Positions 19,701-23,872 of a stretch of 62,133 bases of DNA are shown one piece after another. Under the pieces are notes generated by a model. That model was not told the DNA's origin and made no database searches. It was given only the letters and a program-made list of their open reading frames with translations. The stretch spans positions 1 to 62,133 of the forward strand of contig CAVIFU010000004.1 of NCBI GenBank assembly GCA_963642145.1. The letters run 5' to 3'. Numbering within the stretch: the first letter of the stretch is position 1; every line of letters begins with the position of its first letter. Position numbers and translations under genes: made by a program. The DNA comes from Ruminococcus bicirculans (ex Wegman et al. 2014) (GTDB lineage: Bacteria > Bacillota > Clostridia > Christensenellales > DTU072).

Positions 19701-19894
19701 CTTATCATGGCGTTGTCCGGGATGGAAATTCCTATGATTTCCGGCGTCTTGTAGTCCTCTACCTGCGCGTAATTCGGTAGCACGACAAAGCCCACAATCA
19801 GGGCTGCGATCGCCACTGCCGCGACGACGATTAAGCTGATACCAAGCATGCCGTTACGTGTGTAACGTTTGCCCGTTACTCTGAGTTTAGCCAT
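7703..19894 (-). CDS. Giant 4063-aa N-terminally membrane-anchored surface protein: Listeria-Bacteroides/InlB-B-type repeats plus a C-terminal GLUG/beta-helix region
   Basis: A single uninterrupted 12,192-nt ORF with GGAG 7 nt before the ATG and a TM helix at aa ~18-40. Recurring F-x-G-W units (YKFVGWDKD, TFKGWYIENG, YTFKGWFLAD, YKFEGWYIGE) and G-Y-x-I-x-S-x-x-V-N-G units (DDGYYIKSVRANG, DSGYTLKALTINGA, NDGFYIGEITVNG, TAGYHIASIKVDG and others). The last 638 aa (7706-9619) carry GGIVG/GALAG GLUG-like repeats. Confidence 0.9.
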   Translation of the reverse strand: MAKLRVTGKRYTRNGMLGISLIVVAAVAIAALIVGFVVLPNYAQVEDYKTPEIIGISIPDNAMISVNADLTTVYAVVRYDNGETKKVPISELVYDGLDVSKEGECKDVILNYGGFTQKVDFNVVPTQLVVEYVAGTGGRIDGTAEQKVIAGGNADTVRAIADEGYYFYEWSDGNPNASRTDKSVSKSMKLIATFKRQSYTVVFYYPDGTTSREQTVLHGEKPTYIPKESEGEMQLYGYKFVGWDKDYSSIIQDTNIMPVFEKYAVDFHLDITTDKEGVSLGGAASNTEIYDYYEREEIATVRIAPYSGRKFIGWSIRNTEGNWIDLATNASATSIAVGTGGKTMSFSSSNTDNTDEYVLSFTPPKEGVDDLYVKAHFVFVESTITFSNTLGEIKIGDSGSNAVTLPYGEPIGKYYDVEDLTKLTAVGNTFKGWYIENGATKEDGTPVYVTNDTIFEQNATLVTDWQKNIETVVFLKGSSDYDADFEDEARGYDSTYKGRVVKVRYNDKIADSVQFDYPDITPHKENYTFKGWFLADASYAPTSVAIDRTYVVQKDVVYVVPVFEVNTKSLNVYINGSGTAYAVESVEDIDGTVYEKETPISSGIDMPVISDFKLRFRPSTGYSLVSVVINGDENTGIFAKEGAYYDVDIKALIEQNYVVEAKFSVEEYEIYVVNGTGKAGVVSYNEIGAPDEEKQYIKENGTVTVGYGAGVYFEITPPEHKRILSVTVGGVGRTDIPSDARYYSFAVENCVADVSVTIVYGDVTYTVKLPSDDNANGSIVADTTGDIKEGDKPSFTVTADDGYYIKSVRANGTIVDPYALREGYKVIGLKINGKDEYADLKNGDYRVTQMEFIIDGINCDTEFTVEYDKLYYKIKASYTGGVGTVSESFVAYYGDFASVEANTSDGYYIKSYKVTSDAIKDENEYVYNDRTRTGLYTIKSVEADYTIVFTFARATYYATFSIGDNLTVTYDDVTTSDSTYTFASLGSGQNAEFVIKAKEGYRISSISYTKSSSSEQVNEPIGYETTEYSLTLNNIADNYSIAVSAAPIMLDYRVYFLNVDKAQRICINGGEDLASKPDFVTGTLIYGNPLTVTVNPVDGYEVKSDGSFTVNSGDTSSSYTYKPFEGDYVKSDSYGQYTLATERDEFDTEKILGYTLEIRDVKTSVDVYVYLPKKSDDISKKESYTVTVDYCGNGTLSSSAETETVDAGSSVTLTAKSDSGYTLKALTINGASVQADGNGNYEITNVDCDIDAYAVFGEEIYTVRTDVGNNGMVSVDKTTVSAGESLNIKIIAATGYVLDTFELEIGGKPIIPSYTQSAVVEYTLDAKNINGNIVVRAKFAGKQYTFKETHNKEGGSVTGLGTTGESELVYGTYTAIDIVANDGFYIGEITVNGSTYDPASLTNGVIYKDGSNNVKSGTLKLFVSEASDITITFLPKVYGITITDTLGGETLARKGNGAFGKASTLSLSAGDSVTVKLVATAGYHIASIKVDGESIESWREAGIDTNAMSEAVIKIKDSVTDNIIVAVEYALNEYQVKINVTNKSLNFAAYDVTPSAYGTVTIAGREGENGVYGGIAHGSDIKFVLAPRTARGYYISRFEITYGDDSTDNLINNINANGGNLTISGISQDIQSVTVEFKRRTYKFTQSVEADNQGSNFICKATTPIEFFNPYAPSADVVLDNGLYEYGILYRLNVDPGDGYERTTFTIGGEDRMLAVASTSYYTSTISSDLAIVVKYTIKKYQVAMKGNANGTYEIKTYAEGSYSTEIIDPQESKTYETSSGVITVDDEGNIYVTHGTRLKFVAKPDSENGYYVKSYKVNDTPIVTGGADGEKETDTVITSTTVVGVEFAIREYSISVGAVNGGTGLLSSGSVEWDGSVTLRVSLSEGYELTGVSVNGNPNNDAFGAIGSKGLGSYILANIKENITFTLTIETKKYNVTFSGDYNAVKTIERGGVIVKTLNAVSGVVVNQNVFGKTSWSAFTTDDPSQIDEEGVLPGIRFFDAVTLSLTAPDGYRISSIKIAMDNDGGLETVLVSDASKLSADDGSGKRTYTISSVKGNITLSVKYEIKTYDIEYKQVEGGTYRDTSTTKVSHHELVAFDMDSDFGYYLTSFTINGVQVPVQYSKSDKSDKSYSYSTTHGSTKLEVNNELVNGKEKIVVTPNYEKQSYGVSFYIDSKPIIGGYTDDHLKATIKANRIYYDAVNPGIVTLDLERGYSISNITLYGRPKNEATEQVSLDILDAKASEIGIMLDANVLKILDCHSASGSTLYIYINYTKDTYASSTNMLLAEGSANENKAVYIRESEIPTVSGNKALNFSASYSDGVASGSKHEYGTVATFTAGIHSSAVDKYSFEGYQERINGVWQYVKSGENDITLTSGGSVLTYTVTGDREFRAVYYRVYTITLQVYPEYKYTSGSFISGDPDMMTYRRYATMTATVVHGEAVANNAADNVMPDVVGNTETLKDLDGNEKDGTYTYRVKSGGKLSFRYNDSYMSTNPTNGCSYSVLQNDGTLKAELEYATAGVGTLEDRTVYAYLKNKVYASFLVETVGSRTANEGGIVTYQLNAGTVTSLKENSLSFDAGSKVTITIVPNTNFRFDSIFELLSSSSSDSDYKKFNTVYTPLEDTENGSVKITYYNLKNEVVSDPQNFADIGKVIVTLDNVAENSIFKIRFRKRIAFTRSVALITDEGDSPKDYLGLGYLPGTSEEGTYDYGDTVNLQIFDGLDDTDWNRRYQFVGYFINGVNAYTQLGQNYPSSNKYDEYIQSFILDNLSGYANGVNIAEESNKNKEGAYKVDIVARFVPVYNVVIENEYLAGENEYLDAGQVAVTAVMYDSTLPTYYANSVIAEPKTSEANTDVSFTMLGKLNSISLSDKTSATSAYNTWSDNTITLNWIGTTGSGFRFVTWQYLAYDKNTNEAEWKDIPYVDPKSQTNLVTKSTFTFPISALYSTSYMAYLNEDGTGPDKTEFTASVYDNDGTRTGEREIYAIRIRPMYRKVEKITLVQSVAVNEANKFNDGIGDVEPRIAGTGLSEGEFDYDTVQRLLPSTIDGYKFEGWYIGENGEGGRTSLNVVANKDDSDYSVNGVYFKLVNDKIADEETGTSIYCSYDEESGELKIIAKDSYKIFARYTSVYTMNFRVTNVSGYSELLTDTLPNLLVYEADADGNFGEEPKYEGRSVQITDVAVGTKFKVMLSTGYRGDINDPVYFNPVFDRWVGIESVNSNNSDVWGTDSANSGTHMPTFKEKSEYETMTDWAAAYNDELGAAQAIIGATDNKTVTFKFRTYGRLEFHNVYPGASLQLPASLAKAIIDGYGDSAIYFVNDDDGDGEIIIEDIPIEQGVTYDGSVSGDYAIKLISSMASMANGNVNYGINFDGSYVTSKVQHVVYYDTATYNVYKWVEDKLEETKVTETSDMSYPFASSDGKYGDGSKENPFYIETLDHLRSIDNMYIGNECNLTYTKDNQTQKVYFKQIAEIDLGDVSDSLSSPLCAQGNGFNAVYDGNGNLLKNLSLSASGDYVGLFARISNAEVYNLRIGDTLISASASSYVGALAGGISDSKIGNITLEGTSSKNIVGSNYVGALAGEANGTSIDNVKVSGYTIRAIAGASYNGVYFGGAGGIVGALGSGSTITNSSTEKVTVISPYAAGGIVGSVLENGDAATVESVSNCTATDPNLTTGNLAAIGGIAGSVAKNSNIVESTVKFTRDATMVSQSVYGNLTVDDNFMYSSYGVGGIVGFNAGNVASCSLEAPATYRLTFKGTISGGIVGVNLGSVRDATLSSRIYASREKGNAYEGGMYGGIVGYNHGTGTITGSTVSSPVAASNDYTISTALIEVVTLGASYYTPTSGGNGPMHDTLSADNSTIYVGGIVAYNKGGSVENNVYSGNNSKIMVNRRSNNANANTTYIGAVAGYSTTDKIGNTTSSSAAVYIKFLHYLYVDLSSGATAQTVNLNMGAASGNGVGSSNMTVNGTAEYIGGGTKYTPKSKEFFKTGTFYASGYSSGSAQVKFYGLTSQSASSYVTTDWNNEGAIKDGKSSGKVYASDCVEDVYNTFTHIWTYSGALRYVNVSVG

Positions 19895-19946
19895 AAGTAC
19901 ACTCCGAATGTAGTCGAATATGGCTATATTATATATAATAAATTAA

Positions 19947-19969
19947 ACGCGCGCAAGGTGAGCGCGCGT
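19947..19969 (-). terminator. GC-rich hairpin downstream of the glmM-glmU fusion gene
   Basis: ACGCGCGC-7 nt-GCGCGCGT, followed on the minus strand by TTAATTTATT, an interrupted T-run. Confidence 0.4.
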
Positions 19970-19988
19970 ATATTTACTATAAAATTAC

Positions 19989-20007
19989 CGTGCGTGCTAT
20001 GCGCACG
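19989..20007. repeat. GC-rich palindromic element related to the one at 31724-31744
   Basis: CCGTGCGTGCTATGCGCACG here compares with CCGTGCGCGCGCTATGCGCGCAC at 31721-31744. Confidence 0.4.
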
Positions 20008-20042
20008 CGACCGAATACCGCGATTTCGCGCTTTTCGGAGGT

Positions 20043-22031
20043 CTATTTTTTTCGTCTGCCACGGTTCTCTTTGACGGTCTGACGACTCCGCGCAATGCAA
20101 AACGCACCTTCCGCAACGTCTTCCGTAACCGTACTGCCGCCGGCTATGTAAGCCTCGTCGCCGATGTCGAGCGGCGCTATCAAATTGGCGTTGCAACCTA
20201 TAAAAACATGCTTCCCGACGCGCGTGCGCTGCTTTATTTTGCCGTCGTAATTGGCAAACACCGTTCCACAACCTACGTTCGTGCCTTCTCCTACTTCCGC
20301 GTCCCCTATGTACGCGAGATGCGCGCTCTTGACGCCGTTGCCGAGCACGGCATTTTTGACCTCGACATAATCTCCTACCCTGCAATCGTCGCCGACTACC
20401 GCGCCCTTCCTAAGGCAGGCAAACGGACCCACCGTGGTGCGCGAACCGATTTTTGCTCCCACAGCGTAGACGGAACGCACCAGAGAATCGTTGCCTATCT
20501 CCGTGTCCGTTATGTCCGTAAAAGAGTATATCACCGTGCCCGAACCCACTTTCGTGTTGCCACATAGGGCTACCATCGGATAGAGCACGACGCCCGCACC
20601 CAAGGTGACGCTTTTTTCGACAAACGTCGTGGATATATCTTTGACCGTTACGCCCGCGCTTTCGAAATCCTCCGCAGTCTTGTACGCATTTTCTCTATTT
20701 TGGTTACCCGAACAATCGTATTCGGGTGCTGTTTGTTTGATTTTGTTGCAAATGGTTCGATTTATGAATTCCTCGGCTTCATCGGATATTTTGCGTGCTT
20801 TTTCGTAGCTTTCCGCCTCTGCGGTTATGCGAATTTTGGGCTCGGTACCGCTCGGTCTTACCACAAGGCGCACGTTCCCCGTTACGGACGCCACGTAATT
20901 TTTGATTTCTTCGGACGCGCGGAAAATCTCTTTGGCGCGATCGTCCGCAAAAATTTCGGTTTCCGCAACGGGGTAAGTAACCATGTCGTCCAAAAAGTCA
21001 AATCCGACGTCCGCGTGCGCAAGACATAATGTCATTGCCGTCACTATGCCGTCCCCCGTTTTGCCGAGGTCGTTGATGATGATGTGTCCGCTCTTTTCAC
21101 CGCCGACGGGAGCTCCCGTCGCGAGCATGCGTTCGTAGACGTATTTGTCGCCGACGTCCGCGCGTTCGAGCTTGATTCCGAGTCGGTTCAGCGAAGCCTC
21201 GGTACCGCCGTTGGTAGTCAACGTGCCTACCGCCACGGGAGGTTCGACGCCCTTATCGAGGTAGAGGTACCGCGATATTACAAAAAGCATTTTGTCGCCG
21301 TCAATGATTTTGCCGTTGCGCACGCCTATGACCCTGTCGCCGTCCCCGTCGAAGGCGAAAGCAAAGTCGTACGAGCCTTCTTGCGCCGTTTTGAGGAGCG
21401 TTTCCGGGTGAGTCGCTCCGCAATTCACGTTGATGTTAACGCCGTCGGTTTGCCCGTTGACAGCCTCTACATAGCAACCGAGACGACGGAAAAACTCCGG
21501 TGCAAGCGCGCCTGTGGCGCCGTTGGCGGTGTCGAGCAACAGCCGCATATTTTTGAGCGTTCTCCCGGCAAAAGTCGAAAAATGCGTAATATACTCCTCG
21601 CCGCCGTCGATCTCGGACATCGATCCGCGCGCGTGGCGCGGTTCGGCGTTGCTAAGCATATACCCTTCTATCTCTGTCTCTTCCTCTGTGGTGATTTTGC
21701 CACCGTTTGCGCCGAACACCTTGATGCCGTTATACTCCGGCGGATTGTGCGACGCGCTCACCATGATGCCGAATCCGGCGCCGTACACACGCGTTAGGTA
21801 TGCGAGAGCCGGAGTAGGCAAAATGCCGGCATACAGCACTCTGACGCCGTAGCCGGACAATATTGTTCCGAGAGTGCGCGCGATGCGTTCTCCGGATACG
21901 CGCGTATCCCTTGCCATTACGCAAGCTGTTGCGCCGAACTTAAATACAAGCGCCTTGCCGATCTCGGACAAATACGCCTCGGTAAATATATGCGATTCGC
22001 CTCTTATGCCGTCCGTTCCGAAATGTTCCAT
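20043..22031 (-). CDS. Fusion protein: alpha-D-phosphohexomutase (GlmM-like) plus the GlmU-type left-handed beta-helix acetyltransferase domain (662 aa from MEHFGTDG)
   Basis: The N-terminal part has GTDGIRG, the active-site motif SASHNPPEYNGIK, the metal site FDGDGDR, GEKSGH and RPSGTEPKIR. The C-terminal ~200 aa match the GlmU C-terminus (HLAYIGDAEVGEGTNVGCGTVFANYDGKIKQRTRVG...IAGGSTVTEDV). I chose the ATG at 22031 after GGAGGAG. No nucleotidyltransferase domain is present. Confidence 0.85.
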   Translation of the reverse strand: MEHFGTDGIRGESHIFTEAYLSEIGKALVFKFGATACVMARDTRVSGERIARTLGTILSGYGVRVLYAGILPTPALAYLTRVYGAGFGIMVSASHNPPEYNGIKVFGANGGKITTEEETEIEGYMLSNAEPRHARGSMSEIDGGEEYITHFSTFAGRTLKNMRLLLDTANGATGALAPEFFRRLGCYVEAVNGQTDGVNINVNCGATHPETLLKTAQEGSYDFAFAFDGDGDRVIGVRNGKIIDGDKMLFVISRYLYLDKGVEPPVAVGTLTTNGGTEASLNRLGIKLERADVGDKYVYERMLATGAPVGGEKSGHIIINDLGKTGDGIVTAMTLCLAHADVGFDFLDDMVTYPVAETEIFADDRAKEIFRASEEIKNYVASVTGNVRLVVRPSGTEPKIRITAEAESYEKARKISDEAEEFINRTICNKIKQTAPEYDCSGNQNRENAYKTAEDFESAGVTVKDISTTFVEKSVTLGAGVVLYPMVALCGNTKVGSGTVIYSFTDITDTEIGNDSLVRSVYAVGAKIGSRTTVGPFACLRKGAVVGDDCRVGDYVEVKNAVLGNGVKSAHLAYIGDAEVGEGTNVGCGTVFANYDGKIKQRTRVGKHVFIGCNANLIAPLDIGDEAYIAGGSTVTEDVAEGAFCIARSRQTVKENRGRRKK

Positions 22032-22149
22032 ACTCCTCCGAATAATTATAATTATATTCCGAGGCTTGCCCGTATGTGCATGCAAAAGTATGCTCTTTAA
22101 GTTACGAACCGCGTATAGCACACATCTCGCGAACTACGTGGTTCGTTGT

Positions 22150-22827
22150 TCAAGAGCGCGCTATTGCTCTATAAATAGCTGCAGCATTAAGCCTACACGC
22201 CCTATCGGCAAAGGTCATATAATCTTCGCCGGCAGAATCGTCGGCGGAATCGCTTACTACTTTGATTGCTCCGAATCTGACTCCTGCAAGGTAGGCGACT
22301 TCGGCAATGGCGGCGCATTCCATATCGCATGCGGAGGCGTTGAATTCATCTCTGAGACGGGCGCAAAACGCGCTGTCGGAGACAAAGCGATCGCCGGTAG
22401 CGACGATACCGCAAGCGGAGCCGGGAGTGCCGAGGGCAAGCATGGTGCGCAACTCGACGTCTGTTTCAAAGTAAACTTTGTTCTCGCCGTTGACGTTTAC
22501 GGTGCCTAAGGGATCTCCGAAGGCTGTGGTATCGCAGTCGTATTGGACGGCGGACTCTACCACCAACACTGAACCGTAGGGCAATCTGCCCACGCCTCCG
22601 GCAATCCCGGTATTGATTATGCAAGTCGGATCGCACTTCTCTATCATGAGAGTGGCGGTATAGGCGGCGTTAACCTTGCCTATACCACTGAGCGCAATTA
22701 CGAACGTTATGCCGTTAAGCTCGCCTTCATAGAAGGATTTGCCGTAATAAACGCATTCTCTGACGTCTGTGAGCCCCTCTAATATGTAGCGGAGCTCCTT
22801 TTCCATTGCAACGATAATTCCTATCAT
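22150..22827 (-). CDS. mtnN: 5'-methylthioadenosine/S-adenosylhomocysteine nucleosidase
   Basis: IGIIVAMEKE..., GIGKVNAAYTATLMIE..IINTGIAGG, ATGDRFV and DMECAAIAEVA are typical of Pfs/MtnN. Confidence 0.9.
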   Translation of the reverse strand: MIGIIVAMEKELRYILEGLTDVRECVYYGKSFYEGELNGITFVIALSGIGKVNAAYTATLMIEKCDPTCIINTGIAGGVGRLPYGSVLVVESAVQYDCDTTAFGDPLGTVNVNGENKVYFETDVELRTMLALGTPGSACGIVATGDRFVSDSAFCARLRDEFNASACDMECAAIAEVAYLAGVRFGAIKVVSDSADDSAGEDYMTFADRACRLNAAAIYRAIARS

Positions 22828-23844
22828 CTATTCCTCTACGGTGGCTTTCGTGTTGGTTATAACGGTGATTTTGTGATCCGTTACGCCCTTTGCGCCGAGT
22901 TCAACGGTACCGGATACCACTACTTTGTCATTGTCGACAGTCGCGGTGCCGACGTTACCGAGGCGCGCGATAAACTCCGAGAAGCCTTCGCCGATCTTGT
23001 CGTTGACGTAGTCGGCGTCCGTCTTGGTGCCTTCGCCGGTAGCTTCGGTGGCGGCTTCGTTAGCCTTTTTGGCGAGGACTTTGAAGATAGCGTCCGCGAT
23101 CTTGTTGTCGGCGTCGTTTATCTTCAAGGAATCGGACGTCGTGACTATTTTGCCGTTCTCGTCTGCGGTAACGGTGGAATAACTTACCACGTAAACGCGA
23201 TCGGGTATGCTTACGATGCTGCTCAATCCGCCGAGCGCGTTCTTGACTTCGTCTTTGATGCTCGTCAAACTGATACTTGCAACTATACGCAACACATAGT
23301 TTTGTCCGCTCTTAGACACCGTAACCTCGTTGATGTCCACGTTTAGAGAAGAGAGGTATTCGAGTCCCTCGGAGCTACCGTCGCTCGACGCATTGCTCGA
23401 CGCGTCCGCGATTGCCGCGTTGAATATGTACGCAAGAGTCGTATCGTTGTACTCGATGAGGTACTCTTTGTCGTAGGTCAACGGCTCTTTGACGATGGAA
23501 GAATAATCCGGCGTGCCGTCTTCCTTCCTCTCGATGGAGCTGTTGTTTACGTTTTCGGAAGCGTTGGTTGTTTCTTCCTCTTCACTATAACCGTTTTGCA
23601 CTATTTTGGACTCGTCGGGATTCATTATAGCCTTGATTTCTTTGTATAAATCTTTGAATTTGACGTCCGCAAGTCCCATGTCGCGCAAAGAATTGCCGTC
23701 GAATAATTCAAGATCCGCAATTCCGACTTGAGCGGGAGTCAGGTTGATGAGAACCACAAACGCCACCGCTAAGATGACCACGATTACGATAAGCGCAATC
23801 AAAAGTTTGAGTAAACACCCCTTGGGGGCAACAGGTACTGCCAT
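22828..23844 (-). CDS. Hypothetical N-terminally anchored membrane protein (338 aa)
   Basis: One TM helix (LLKLLIALIVIVVILAVAFVVLI) and a Ser/Asn/Glu-rich extracellular part. I recognised no family. Its TAG stop abuts the mtnN ATG. Confidence 0.8.
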   Translation of the reverse strand: MAVPVAPKGCLLKLLIALIVIVVILAVAFVVLINLTPAQVGIADLELFDGNSLRDMGLADVKFKDLYKEIKAIMNPDESKIVQNGYSEEEETTNASENVNNSSIERKEDGTPDYSSIVKEPLTYDKEYLIEYNDTTLAYIFNAAIADASSNASSDGSSEGLEYLSSLNVDINEVTVSKSGQNYVLRIVASISLTSIKDEVKNALGGLSSIVSIPDRVYVVSYSTVTADENGKIVTTSDSLKINDADNKIADAIFKVLAKKANEAATEATGEGTKTDADYVNDKIGEGFSEFIARLGNVGTATVDNDKVVVSGTVELGAKGVTDHKITVITNTKATVEE

Positions 23845-23872
23845 ATTTTCTCCTTCTTTTCTTGTTTATATT

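Noticed and set aside
19924-20385. A 153-aa Arg-rich ORF overlapping the 3' end of the glmM-glmU fusion gene in another frame.
   Set aside because: Its composition (RRRQERASRVHRGRGSRRRHERR) is typical of an out-of-frame reading of a GC-rich hexapeptide-repeat region. The overlapping frame has clear GlmU homology.
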